64,000 nucleotides of DNA from Raillietiella orientalis. Its lineage: Eukaryota. The position numbers were made by a program, and so were the translations under genes. The stretch covers positions 3,906,001 to 3,970,000 of the forward strand of contig JAYWIR010000004.1 in the NCBI GenBank assembly GCA_036172245.1, given 5' to 3'. The notes beneath the pieces are model-generated. The model saw nothing but the letters and a program-made list of their open reading frames with translations. It did not search any database and was not told the DNA's origin. Positions 1 to 13,800 of the stretch are shown one piece after another (the first letter of the stretch is position 1; every line of letters begins with the position of its first letter).

Positions 1-3000
1 CAACAGATGGAAGCGTTATCATTTTGTAGCGAGAATGTTACTCGACGATTTCTGCAGGAGGATGCTTGTTCTCAAGCAAACAAGACTGCCGCATTAAGAG
101 ACGGACCCTCCATCACTATAAGAAAATGGAGCATTTTTCATGCTTCTTCACGGAGAGGAAAGAAAGTCTGCAACAAACAAATACGATTCATTCGGAAGTA
201 CATGGACTTCACCGTTTTTATGCTTCTTCTTCTGGCAGTAGCCCAGGGAATCAGTAGAGTGGGCGGGAAGAGCTCACAAAACCTTGAGTGCTTTCCATTC
301 TTGAGTGGAAAGGTCAAGTGTGAGCAGTGCCGCCGCATTCATCGACTGCAAACTTTTGCTTCCAGCAGAGGACCTCCGCCATGTAGGAGTAGCTCAGTTG
401 CTTTTGAGATTCTGCAGCACCGTCTCTTCGAACAGCTCACTCATACTCAAAGCAAGAAGTTTCGTAGGTTCCAGAGTTTGAGGGCTCGTGGTTTAGCAGG
501 CCACTTTCCACAAAACAAAGCTTCAGTCAAGCGATCCATCATCTCTCAAAGCTCCTGAGTAACTGAAAGGAGGAAAGAGAGACCTTACTGGCAAAGCAGA
601 TGGAGAACTCACTGCAAAGAATGAAGAGCTGTGTGGATGCTCAACATATAAGATGATTCCTTCGGAATTCAACAGCTTCCATGCTGAAGGTCGAAGGAAA
701 TTTCCAAATGACGGATCAAAACTGCTAAACACCTCCCAGTGTGGAAATGAAGGACACGTTAGGGAATCCACATCTTCAGATTTTGATCTCCCTGGAAGAA
801 TACTGCCTTCGACAAAGGCAAAGCCAAAAATGGAAAGTGAGTTTTCTGAATTCTCTTTTGCTGAAGCTGCCATTTTCTAGCGTATCCTGCATTCGAGAGT
901 GTATTTCTCTTACCCTTGGATCCAAGGAATTTGGACGAATTGTGGAACCGCTCGCTTGAGATGAAACAATTCTGTGAGTGAGTTTCCCGAGCTTTTTCCC
1001 CACCTTTTTCTCTTTGAGTGCTTTCCAGATGAAGATGTTCCCCAGTCCGAGGCAGCTGTATCCCCAGTGGTAAGAGTTATCTGGAACAAGACCCTAAATG
1101 TGAGTGGAACTTTCAGTTGCCCACCTGGATCTCCCAGAATATCTTAAAAAAAATAGGAACATTTGGTCGAAAACTAGTGATTCTCGAAAAAAAAAAATCA
1201 GGATCGGATGTGTTTTTGCTTTTTTTTGTCTTTTTTGACCTTCAGCTCAGAGATTTACGCAACGGAACTTTGGATGCTGTTTAAACGCAGATTCCCAACC
1301 CTTTGCTCTGCCGAGTGGCAGATTCGAACTGGATTACAGATTTCAGCAGCAGACGAATCACCCCCTTTCGCATCTGGTATGCTCCTGTTCAATTATGTTT
1401 CCAACAATTCCGGTAGGGATGAATCGACCAACTAAGATGGCTTATTAGATGTCTTTGGAGATGATCAGAACAAAGCACAAGGTTTCCGGTCCTAAAGCAT
1501 CACTGGAGAAGCAAATTGGAGGTTTCTACTCTTTGCATGCCTCCTGGGTGAGAACGGAAATGAGCTTCTTACGTGCTTATTCGGAGATTCGAGGAAGCCA
1601 TTACTCTATTTGACTCTTAATGGCATTCAAGACCATGGAACCCATGGAGATGACTACCGTTAACCTTTTTTCACGAGAAGAATTTTCCAGAAGATTATGG
1701 ATAAACCTAAGAGTTTCTCGTGACAGAACCGTTCAACGAATCTACATGCAAAGCGGGAATACCTGTTCCTGATACAGCAGCTTGCGAATGCATTTTCGGC
1801 ACACGATCTTAGCTCAAGACATCCGCTCCTCCAGACTTTCTGCATTCCTGGCATGCTTTCCCCTTCCTGCTTTCCGAATGCAAGTGTTAGTTTCCCTTAT
1901 GAAAGTTCAATGGAGCTTTTTTAAAATTAGCGTTACAAGGAAGTTTCCAGAAACAGTTCACAGGATAGGTGGTTCCTATTCAAAGTTGTTCCAGAAGAAG
2001 TAAATCGGCTAAAACTACTTTCGGGATCGAAGTTGATTTGACCGGAATCAACGCACCTTGTAATGATTTTCTTCCATCCGCTCACGCATGTGCCAGTGAT
2101 GTCACGGACTGCTCTCTTTGGTAACTGTTTGATGGACTGCTTTAGCGATCCATTCTCACTTAGAATGCCCCTCCACAAAGGTGAATCTAACGATCCGTTG
2201 GAAGGAAACTCTAAATCCTCCATAAAGTGGGATACATCTGTAGAGTGACTTTCCTTCTCATCCGCAAGTTCTACCTGCTAGAGGGGAAAAGATGCTACTG
2301 ATGTGAATTTTACAGGACAATCCTAAGAATTTCGACAGGCATTTGAGTTTCCCAGCCTGCAGAAGGAAGTGCCACCTTGCACTGACACCGGTTTAGAAAA
2401 GTTTCTGTTCGTCAGATGATGCACGGATTCTGCTGGTTGCAGGGATGGATCGCTTGTCTTCTAGCGACTAAAGGCAGAAAGAGCTTGCAAATATAGATTA
2501 AAACTTGGGTGAACCTTACTTAGATAATGCATTATATACTGTATATTGTACTCCATACCCAGGAGTGCTCATTATGAGCAAAACTATGCAGACATGGACA
2601 AAAAATCCCTTTGACATGATGTTCACGGGAAGGATAGAGGATCGAACGCTGCTTTTCGTCGCCAACATGAAATCCAATTTCTTCTCATGGAACATCCAAT
2701 TTTTCTGAACAGAACCCTTTCAAGGCTCCTTTGAAGTGATGCTTTCCACTCAGTTGATTGAAAACAATCATGCTTAGACACACTCTGCTTCGGAGAACCA
2801 TTATTCTCACATGTATCCTGATGAGACGGTCCTTCATAACGCGCGTTAAAAGCACATCAGAATCACTGATGTTTCGATACGCTTTTCCAGTACTTCCAAG
2901 TGTTTCTAGGAATCTCTCATTACATGAGTTTGAAGCAAAGTTGGAATTTCATGAATACACTGCTTAATGTGTGAGATGATAAATCCTGAAATACGCTCTT

Positions 3001-4799
3001 AAAATTGGATCGTGATTTCCATACAGGAGCGTTAAAGCTATGGTCCATCCTACGTATTTCTTCCTGAGCGCACATGAGTAATGTCTAACTTCAGGCAACC
3101 AAGGACCTTTTCTTCACTATATCGTAAATGCTCATGAGGGTTCTTACCCCTGGATGCAACGAAAGCATAGCTGCATCTGCATACAATTGAAACACGTGCA
3201 GTATGGTTTGTTCCCTGAGTGCTCCAGCCGAAACACAGAGGGAATGACGTCGATTTCCAGGAAGACCGATGTTTCCGTACGTTTTCTTGAAGAACCTAAC
3301 TAAAGGAAAGCAGTAGCATGATGTAGTCAGGTTTTCGGGCAATTTGCAAGCGAAAGAGAGCATAAGATCCCAGCATTGACTTTCGCCATGTGCAAGCAGA
3401 TCTAGCAATGGGTGTAACCAGTGATGGAATTTCAATGTAGTCTCATTTTAAAATCATCAAGAAAACTGCTCCATGCACTTTACTTCATGATCCAAGGAAA
3501 GTATGTGTACGAGTGTTCAGAGGGTTATGCCGAAAAATCTCTAAAATTCATACCACCTCCAAATTTTTCGAGCTTTTGTAAACGGACGTCAGAGTCGATA
3601 AACTTGGAATTTAAGACTAAAGCGAATAAGAGTGTAAGAACTGATCATCGTGTGACTCGTTTGCATTATTTCGCTTGAGGTGGTGACTCACCACTCTTTG
3701 GTCCCTGTGTGACGAAAACCGCATGTGGGTTTCATTATCTCAGAAGCACAAGAATAACGTATCTCAGTTTGCCAGTATCGAACAGTATGTGCAAACTGAG
3801 CAACGGTAAGTAGCAAGATGGAACAGCAGTAGCTGGTGGCAGTTCTATGGTCAAAGATCAAACATGCGAAGTTCAGCTGTTTTCCATTTATGGTGGCGCT
3901 AAAGAAGCGAAAGTTTTGTCTTCAACTTGGGCGACTGAAAAAGTTTCATTTTCCACAACTGAAGATCAGTAATAGATGTCTTCATGTATGCTAAACCATT
4001 GCAGGATGCTAGAGAGGAGTACTTTAATGTGAACACCTCCCTTTCCATGTTGTTCCTCTTCTGATCCACTTTTGCAGGAAGAAGCTCACCTCTCCAGACC
4101 TTCTCCTCTTTGCGCCATTTCAAATCAAGTGACATTCTGTTTTCTTGGTACAGTCTTTTACTTCATTTATGCTAACAGGAGTTGCACACCGTTAATCAGT
4201 CCTGGATTTCTGGAATCAAATTCGCCATTCATAGGAAGTTTCCATTTCATCTGCTCCATCCATTGTGCTAGGCAAGATCTCACTTTGCGGCTTATTCTCC
4301 TTTGATTAAAACAAAGTACAAAAATTTTCACTTTCTGTATTAGGGACTCGAGAGTATACTGCTATTCTCTTTGTTTGCATTCCACGTGCATCATGTCAGG
4401 ATCCACGCTCTGAATATCAATTCCTTTAATCAATTCCGTGCTCTGAAACGTTTGAATTTTTTAACTTTGCTTTTCTTTTTGTTTTCTTCGAAGTTCAAGC
4501 TTGGGATTCCAATGGGAACTCCCATGGAAAATTCGAAGAATTATCTAAATACTCTCATGGGCAGAGTCTGTACGAAAACTTGTTCGTACTTTCTCCAGGT
4601 TCGTTTCGATTGGTTCACGCGCTCAGTCTCAAAAGACCCAAGTTTTCCCCTTCCATAGGGTCTTTGCTGTTCTTCAGTACTTACATTCCCGAAAGCGTCA
4701 TGCCTGGAAACGTGTCAGAATCAAAAAGAGCGAAGAATTCCATTTCGCATTTCCAGAATTTCCATTCGAGAATGCAGCTTGAGGATAACTGGTTCCCGG

Positions 4800-5540
4800 G
4801 AGAAACTGCGGAGTAATCGGTGACCGTCAGCAGGAAATGCTCGTATTCTGGCACCCTTTTTACCATGGGAGTAGCGTTCTCGATATCCACTTGACACGGA
4901 TTGCGACACAGAGTTGGTGATTTAAAACTGCCTTAAGCTGCTATGACTCTGCTCAGAGAAGTTGCCTCGCACTTTGGAGTGATCCTGATCTTTCCCAGCC
5001 TGACGAGAAACTCATCCCAGGGACTTCTCTCGGCAGCTTCTTCCACGGCGAGTGCTGCTTACGTCGCAATGGGTTTCGACAACCGAACCGCTGGTCGTGC
5101 TGTGCTGAATCGGCAGTCTCCAATCGCTGCGCTGTAAAGAGTAAGAAGAGTGTCTTTGGCTTAATCCCATCCATGAGGATGTGAGGCCATCTTTGCATCC
5201 TCATGGATGCACAAATGGCCTCACATGCTCTCCGAAGTCAAGGAGTGTGCCATCCGGATCAAGGAAGGCTATAAAAGAAGATCCGGAGCAAAAACAAAAC
5301 AAAAAAGCTCTGGTGATCCTTTCTTATTTCTTTTCCTCTTCCCTCCCGGGGTCCTTGTTTCGAAGGCGACGAACACTTGGTTCCGGTATTTCCTCACACA
5401 TATATATGCGTGGTGTATTTTAGTTCATTCACCCCTTAGCTCCTCCTTGCCTTGATCCTTTTCCTCTCAGCTACCTTCCTGAGCGTCACTGTTTCCAATT
5501 TCACCCATTTATTACAAATAAATGAATAAATAAAAGCGAA
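4800..5540 (+). mobile_element. Decayed 3' end of an L1/Tx1-like non-LTR retrotransposon
   Basis: About 5182-5230 reads EAIFASSWMHKWPHML, matching the AAxWPHL C-terminal motif of other copies here. A pyrimidine-rich tract and an AATAAA cluster (~5517-5538) follow. Confidence 0.4.
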
Positions 5541-7150
5541 AACAGTTAGAGGTCGACGTGTGTCGGCGACCCTAAGAGACGACCCTCACTGAGGACGGAA
5601 CCAAAAAGGAGCTGAGGGAGAGGAAGGAGGGTCAGTAAACGAATGGAAAATGGGATGGACTAGTCTCGCGGCGCTCGATATGATTCCTGAGAAACTGCAT
5701 CGGGTAGGGAAGGAAGAGTAGGGATCAGGTGCGTTCCCTTTTGTCGGGTCAGCCTGTCCGCAAATGTTCGGAGGTTCCCTCGCACTTCACATCCCAGACT
5801 GGTCCATTTCGTCCCCCTTCGCGTACAGGCAACGGCGATCGCAAACGTCTCCCCAGTATGAAGCCACACCCTCCTTCCTTTGTGGTGGTCGCCTCTGCTC
5901 GCAGGAGGAAGACGGCCGTCAGCGAGGAGGTGGCCAGTATGCCTGGAGGACTTCCTCGGGACAGCATCGGGAAGATGAAGTGTTCCAGACAGACACTTCC
6001 TTCGCCGACGCAGCCTTCCGCACTCAGTGTCCGTGCGGAAGTCTCAGTAGGTGCACTCTTCGGGTTTTCCACTGATGCGTGGCGACGTTTTTCTGATCGA
6101 GGGAGAGCCCAGTGAACCAGAAAGATGACATTTTGCTGGAGGCGAAGGGAGAGGATGGAGGCATCCGACAGGGAGTGACGTCTTCACAGGAGGTGAGGAC
6201 GTCAAGATTCTGCACTTCCTGAAACTCCATTCATTTCTATGAGTCTTGGGTCGCATTTTTGGGGTAGCTTGGGTATGGCTAGCCGGGACGCCACCCGTTG
6301 GCATGGTAACCCCTGCGAGCGGGCAGGTCACCTCTCACGCTGCAGAATCAGACACTTCTTCCTCATTCCATCGGTTCAGTAGGACGCTCACGGAGTCCTA
6401 AATGACCTCGAGCTGGATTCTGGGAAGCAAGAGTCAAAAATCTCGCTGAGGGGCAGTCTGACCCCCTTCCCACGTGTCTGGGCAGCCTCCTAGACGCGAG
6501 TGGAGGTGGCTATACCTCCTCACTATACCACCTACCTTGCTTGTGGTCTCTGCTTTCACGCTTTTTGAAAAGTCTGGAAGGTGGACCGCATAGGCTTCCT
6601 ACATTGATGCGTTGAGACTTACTCTACCCGACGTCGTCCACTTCTCCCGTCTTGACCCATACGATTGCAGAGGATGCATCGGATTTTCGGGCACACCTTA
6701 CTTCTTCAGGCGTTCCGAAGACGTGCAAACCCCACGAAATTTGGGTTTGGCCACTTGTCTCACTTTCACGGATCGATTTCGTTGTTGATATGCAGTTCGT
6801 GTGGGATCGCTGACCTGTCTGACACTGCCATCGCTCTCTAGCCAATCCACGGAATGCCTTGTGAGGGCAGCGGGGCATAATTCTACGCCCGATGGTGTGC
6901 ACAGCACCATACTTTAGCCACCACGGTGTCTTCGTACACGTCGACGGTGCTTTCCCTTAGATTTATTTTTAAGGGTAGGAAGAATTCCTCACTCCTTAAC
7001 ACGGACTGGAGACTTGAGTAGACGGTGGACCAATGCTGCACTGCACAAATGCAGCGTGGTCCACCCCCAAGGTCGGATGGGCCAACACACCCCGAGGCGT
7101 TGGAGTTCTTCAACGAATTCGGCGTGAGCAAACTTCGAGGAGCAGATACC
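5540..7150 (-). mobile_element. Decayed non-LTR retrotransposon C-terminal part, tail-to-tail with the previous copy
   Basis: Minus frames give a zinc-knuckle-like SVCLEHFIF and ETFAIAVACTRRGTKWTSL, resembling the family C-terminus. A pyrimidine-rich 3' tract follows the stop at 5660. Confidence 0.3.
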
Positions 7151-8699
7151 CCTGACCTAACCTTATAAATAAGGTATACCTCTATCGCGAGCAGACACTA
7201 GCTTCCAAGTCCATATCTGATTCTTTATTGGATGAGGAGACCACCAGGAGCTTCCCGACCGTGCTGACCCAAGGACTCTATGGCCTCCCTTGCTAGGAAT
7301 GCTGAGCAGCCCTCTGTCGAGCAGCCAAGACATACTCTACGGTCATCAACCTCTTTAGACAATAACCACTCAAAGGAAAAATCCAGACAGTCGCGGGAGT
7401 CTACCCAAAAGACGTCCTAGAGTGACCGAACTAGGAGCCGTCCTGAAAACGTGCACGTGGACGAGCAGCAAACTTGCTGGTGGAAAAATTCCGTGATGCT
7501 CATTGTGTTTCTGCATCTATTCAGGGATTTTCACTCGTTTGCTCCTCATCGTGAGGAACTCCAGCAAGCGTTCCTTGCTCCTCTCAGCTGTACGAAATCC
7601 AAGTGGGAATACTTGTTAGCGAACGTGCAAACAAAGTGATCTATTGTGTTTAGAAGAAAGGAACGCAGGGGCGTTCGCCTCTGCATGAGTGACCAGGCAG
7701 ATCTGAAGAGAACCTTCGACCGTTCACTTACCTAGATAGCTGACATCATTCCTTACTTATCGGGATGGACAGTGAGAGTTTCCGTCGGAAGATGCGTTGC
7801 TTCCTTGAACTCAGGGCCTCTTCATGGAACTCCGACTTCAAAAAAAGGTGGAGCAGGCGCACTCTAGAAAAGCGCGCATGCCACGTCGCGACACGACATT
7901 TCCTGCTGGCAGAACGGCATTCGGTAGTTGAGAAGATCCGGTTCGAATAAGGGCTCTCGCCGAAGATCGGAGTTGTGGAAACTTGAGCGAGCAGCTAGCT
8001 GAAGTCCAAAATCCGCTATGCTTCCGGAACGAGGTGATTGGTCAACAACGAAGACGAAGCGCTCTTTCTTCAGGAAGGTTCCTCAGAAAAACGAAACCCG
8101 CTGAAACAACAGCGAGAGTAAACAGTGGCGCACTCTAACGAAACAAATTGGGGCATCGATAGAATACCGGAGTCGCGGCAGACAGCAAGTCCCGGCAACG
8201 AGACTTCGTGATGAAGAATTGAAAGGTCTCGGCATTCTCGAACGCCGAGGAAATGCGAAACGGCAGGCAACGAGAATCACCAGCAAGAACAGAGAAACTT
8301 GCCGCACTTGATTTGTTCCCAGCACGCGCGCGTTCAACGAACAGTTTAATCAGTTGGTCTGATGGCTTTCTCAATCATCTGAGCAATAAGCGGATCCTAT
8401 TAGCACGTGTGTTAATTAAATTCACTGATGCGCCATCGATACTGCCGGAGCACAACGTCTCCTCTAGAACAGACTCGGATAGTTATCCGTCACTGGAAAT
8501 CGCTTCAACGCGGCTAAGATGCAAAATTGAAAAACTGCAGGCAAAATCGAAAGACGTTGTAGGCTGCCGAAAGCGGCACGCAGATGATCTTTCTCTCATT
8601 ACGTTTCCGTTTTTTTTTTTTTCCTTTCCTTCCATCCTCGTTTCCCTAGTAACCGCCGTTAATCTAGTAACCCTAGTGCTGCAACTTCCCTACTAGCTG

Positions 8700-9400
8700 C
8701 AAAGCTCCGCTGAAGTTCGAAAACGGGATGATGCAAGCAAAAATCGATAATCGCAGGTTTAGGAGAACGTAATCTGATGTCGGATGGCTCGTGAAGGACT
8801 CGATTTCTCCTCGAGAGGCGTGGACCAGAGAGCGAAACGCCAGCGCTGCTTTGAAATCGGTTTCCAAGGGGTGCTCGGCGCGCAAGGCGTGAGAAGGCAT
8901 GTCAGGTGGGCTTCCGTGGTGAAATTCACAGACTGTGGCAGGATTTTCCGCCTCAGTCAGGCACCCTGAAGGGAAAGATGAGATCCCTCCTTCTGGGGAC
9001 TCTTTTCCCGCCAGCGCGAACGTGTTTCGAAACAGTAACACTGCTGTGGCAAAGTTCATGGCGCAAACGTCGGGGCAAAACTCGGAGTGGGGCAGTTGCT
9101 TCGGGGAAAGGGATGATCATCTTGAGATCTCGTCCAGATCTCGGTCTCCAGTTCTCGTGAAAAAGCATCCAGAAACGATTCGCTGTGTTCCCTTTACTTG
9201 CGAAAAGTGCATCGCAGCTTTTGGACGCAGACCCTGACCTCCGCATGCTGTACTGTACGGAATGTCACGCTGTATCGAAAACTTGGTAAGTCCGCCTTCG
9301 ACTCGCAAGCAAGAGTGGCGTTTCCTTTCTCGAAAGATAGCAGTGAAAATGGTGGCGCTGCCTCCTAAGAGCTGAAGGCAAAGGTGAGGGCATCTACATG
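8700..9400 (+). mobile_element. Highly decayed non-LTR reverse transcriptase fragment
   Basis: Ordered weak remnants of RT N-terminal motifs (PEGKD, VAKFMAQ, CFGER, CEKCIAAF) in the 8935-9237 frame. Confidence 0.25.
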
Positions 9401-10101
9401 ATAAGGGGATTCGGTCGAAGAATGAGGAAATTCTCAGTAGAAGGGGGTGCAATGGAAGATCGGATACGCTGAGCATCATGGCACTGTTCTTATGACACCG
9501 AGGGCATGTTTCTCTCAGTATTCGCGCATGGTTCTTCTTCATATTAAAAGGTTGCAGTTGTTTTCCACATCAAATTTTGAAGAGAGTAGTATCGCTTTTG
9601 GTTTTTTGTTTTGTTTATTTTTCATCTTTTGCATGGTAGCAAGTGTGCATCTTCCAGAACATTTGGACCTAGGAAATACGGTTTCTTGGGGATCTTTTTG
9701 GTGTCTTTCGGCAAGATCACGAAGAAACCGTATTTTAGGCAAGATCAATCTTTGAAGAGTTCTGATTAACGTTCTGATAAAATAAATGGAATATGTGTGC
9801 AGGTGGCATTGATAGTTTGCATCAGCCAACTCTGTTTAGATAGGGCGCGAGAGATAAACAACAAAGACGAAAAGAAGTTGGAAGCTGGATGGGTTCAAGA
9901 GCTTGCTGGATGATGTTTGTGCAAGGCAATTTTTTCATCTGTTTTCGAAGTTGGTTCTCTCCGCCTGTTTACATAAAGGCAGGAATCAGAAAAGCATCTT
10001 TCGCGACTTCAGGTTTGACTGAGGTCCAGGGATCCCCTTGGAAGACTATCAGTTTGACAAAAAGCTTATTTAATCATGCAAAGTTAGGGCATTATTATTA
10101 A

Positions 10102-10225
10102 CGTAAGACTTGAGACGTCTTAATCTTAAGCTCCGTCTTAAGACTTAAGACGAAGCTTAAGCTCCGTCTTAAGTCTCCGATCTTAAGCTCCGTCTTAAGA
10201 CTTAAGACGAAGCTTAAGATCAGTC
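10102..10225. repeat. Nested palindromic repeat built from CTTAAG units (MITE-like subterminal array)
   Basis: Nine CTTAAG copies. A 43-bp near-perfect palindrome at 10179-10221 has 21-bp arms with 1 mismatch, and a second copy lies at 10123-10161. Confidence 0.9.
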
Positions 10226-10899
10226 TAGGGATGCAATCCATTTTTTTTTCCCCCCCTTCTATCCAAGAAACAAGCATCCTCAGAAACGAGCAAAACGGGA
10301 GAGCATCAAAAATGCAGAATTCATATCGAAGTCTTGTCGATAAAGTGCATTTTCAACAACGAAGATCAGGGAGGTTGCCATAGCGATAATAAGTGGCAAT
10401 AGTAGTAAGACCGGTAATGACAGCAAAGAAGCGAAATCATCACTCTCAGTAAGCGTCATTTATCCAGAAAGCTCTTCAAGAATTCTACAACTGATGAATG
10501 CGGATGGAAAAGGACAGGAGACAGTGAAACAGTAGCCTAAGGTGAAACTGCAAACATATCGAGAATCCTGTCATGCAGCAGGACTTCACAGAACGTATCG
10601 TGAAGTGTTGTGCAATGTAGAATGTTGTGCTTCAGGTTTGCTGCAGTTTTGTTTGATGCATTTGTTGCCATGCAGCTTTCGAGGTTCTTTTGAAAATCTT
10701 TCGGAGTTTGCAATTTTTTCGTTTCTGAAAAATTCCACCCAGGTGAGAAATCACTCATTGCCAAGGTTTCATTAAGAGTTCGGATCCTTTCCTTCCCCTC
10801 TACAACTGTGTGGTTTTGGTGTTTAACCACTGTTTTCGGAAGCAGCTCATCTTCCCACCCATCTCATTCGTTTCGCTTGGAGTCAGCACCTGTCACGCA

Positions 10900-13800
10900 A
10901 CAGCAAGCCGAACCGGAGGAATCAGAAGGCGTTCGTGTAACACAGGAAAAGATCTGAATTCGAAAACGCAGCATTGTACATTCCAAATTCTAGAAACCAA
11001 CATCAATCGCGCCTGAAACTGTGGCTCGTGGCAAATTTCTGGAACGGACACGTGATCCGTTGCAATATGGAGACCCCCCGTGAAGACACCGTATCTTAGA
11101 TGACGGCTTACCGAGTCTCATTGATGTCAAGAATGACTGCTTCAGCCTAATGATCCGGCCTGACAGTGGCCTTGAGAAATAGGCATCACTGTGTGAAACA
11201 GATGACTGCTGCCGTTCGTTTAGAGGGAAGCGATCTCGGCAGATTTATCCGTGACTATCTACGGAACCGGGAGAGCGGGAAGAACACACCGTTAGAAAGG
11301 GTCCTGCCTGCTGAACGGAATCCAGCATTGAGGTTCTCGGAAGACCAGGGAGCGCTTCTCAAGAGAACTCTCCGCCTGTAAGAATAATGCTAGCAACTGT
11401 CTTTGCGAATTATTTAGCAGCAGCAGCAGGAAGTTCTCGGTGAGTGACATGTGTACGAACTGACATTTCAGACCCGTGGCTCGACCGCTGGTGAGCGAGC
11501 CCACGTGACGTTCAGACAGCACCATCGGAGAATTGCATTTCGGGATCCATGGTAACCTCGAAGCCTCCCGAGGATGAAACGCGCCCTCGCCCAGATGCGG
11601 AGTGAGTTTTCCCATGAGACGCCAAATATGATTTTGATCTCTCCTGTTGTTTCTTCAACCGGAAATCGGATCTCTGCCGCCACCCTACTTGTTGGATTCG
11701 GACTCGTGGCATCCTGAGCAATGAGAAGTACAACGGGAAAATCACAAAGGACATCGAAAGAGAGTGCAGTTTCCTTTACCACGGAATGCGTGCTTGCAGC
11801 GCTTCCGGGACGGATTTCGCATCTTGCTGCCGCTTTACTGGAGTCCCATCTCTCCTTCGAGGGTGAAAGGGGAAGCCCCTCAGTCTCTTGTCGTGAAAGG
11901 AGCTGCGCGAGAGACTTTCCAAAGTTCCCCTTCGCATCCAAGCTCGAGTACTCTCCACCTCATAAACATGCGGCATCGACAGACGCCAGGAGTTGCCTGA
12001 GTTTTCTTGATACTCCCTATGGAGTGCATCACCATTCTGTCCGGTCCTCTCCAGATTTTTCACGTGATTCTGCTTTCTGCTGTCGTCCAGCTTTCAGCCG
12101 GCAGTCATCCTCCCTTACTCCTCGGTAGCTGAATCACTCCTCCTCCCCCCTCCAACTCCACTTCTTCCTCCCTCCCGACCTCGCTTACTCTCTTCCTCTC
12201 TCCTCCTCGCAAATTGAATCAGAGCGGACTCTCTTGTAGGAAGCTTTGAAGATTGGAAATGATCCTTTAATCACATTTCGGAGTGATTTCCTGAACGAAA
12301 ACCTCCAAAGATCGCCTCCTGAACCAGCAGCATACGCCCTGTTGATTTACTTCGAAATCCGGTTTCAGAAGAATCCTAACGTCCTTCACGAGGCAGAAAG
12401 GCCCAGAAACTTCAGACAGTGGCAGCACGCATGCCTCTTCCAGTCTTTTCGCGCGCACCTGGTGGCAGCTTCAGGAGCGCGTTGAGTCGGACAGCCGAGC
12501 AACGGCAAGTCCTGCCGACTGCGAGCGTCAGTGCGGACGGACGGGAGAAAGGCCGGGAGCCTTGGCAGTCGCAGTTGGTTTGCATAAAGCATTCGGCTGC
12601 GTAAACCAGGAACTACTACTGGAGCTCCTGGAGCACCTTGGGCTTCCGAACCAACTCCTCCTGTCCTTGCGCTCCTGCTGGAGCCACGCCCTAATCAACT
12701 TGAATTTCAGCGGCTCCCGCGTGTTCAGCGTCGCCGTGCGCAGAGGCATCAGGTAGGGCGACAGCTTAAACCCGTTGCTCTTCAGCATCTACTTTGAGTT
12801 GGTGCTGAGAGCGTACAGGCTGACGCTGGCCGTCCTGCCCAGAGCCTCTCCGTGCACGCCATCTGTGGCAGAATACGCCAACGACCTTCTGCTTCTGTTT
12901 CCCATGTCCACACCGGCGAATCGGTCGAATACTTCTTCGAGCTGATGCGTCGTGGACCGGGCATGAGCGTCAACAGGGCAAAGTGCTCCGTCGTACCGGT
13001 GGGTGCGTCGTAGGAGGGGCAGGCCAAGTGGATCCGCCTGAAGATCCCCACGGGCAGGTACTTCAAGTACCTTGGCGTTCCGTTGGGCGACTTCTCGTCA
13101 GATGTGTATTCGGCTTGTCATCAAAAGGCAGAGATGGCTCTCGGCCCGTTCCTGGACGGCAAGTTCGTCTTACCGGAAAGGAAGTGCGTCTGGAACATTT
13201 TCCTTTGCCCCTTCCTCCGCCCCTTGTTTTTTGTTTGCCCGCCTCCCTATTTGGTGAAACTCCGGGCGCAGTGTCTCCTCCGTAAAGCCTTGTAGGGCGC
13301 TGCACGATCCCGGATTCACTTCAAAGATTTGGTGGCGCCATGCCAGGACACAGGCTTGGGAATCCTGAACATAGAGAAGATTGGACTGCAAGTGCAGTCC
13401 CGTCTTCTCTTCCTTTGTAGGAAATTGTGGTCTTCGCACTGGTATGCTCCGGCTCGCCATATCCTCCAGCGATGCGTCGACAGTGCAGATTTCTTTCGTT
13501 GCTGCCGCGCAACCTACGCCGGAGGACTGGATTTGGCTACCCTCTGAGGCATCTGTCCTTGTTGTTGTTGTTAGCCCATTCCTGGATCTCCTGCCGCCCA
13601 AGAACTGGAATGCTTGGCGTCAGGAAGCTCTAGAGCACTGGACTCCACTTTGGATGTGCGTCCAGAGCAACTGAGACCTCTAAAGGGTCTCCTACGCAAA
13701 CCGCTAGGAGTTATCCTGCAGGACTGGTCGCTTTGGTCCCGGGTAGCCGTCTCACCCCAGGCCGCAGCGCTGTCTGCCCTTGGGCAAAAAACGACAGTAG

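Noticed and set aside
10102..10225. CRISPR array
   Set aside because: No unique spacers, no cas genes, eukaryotic context.
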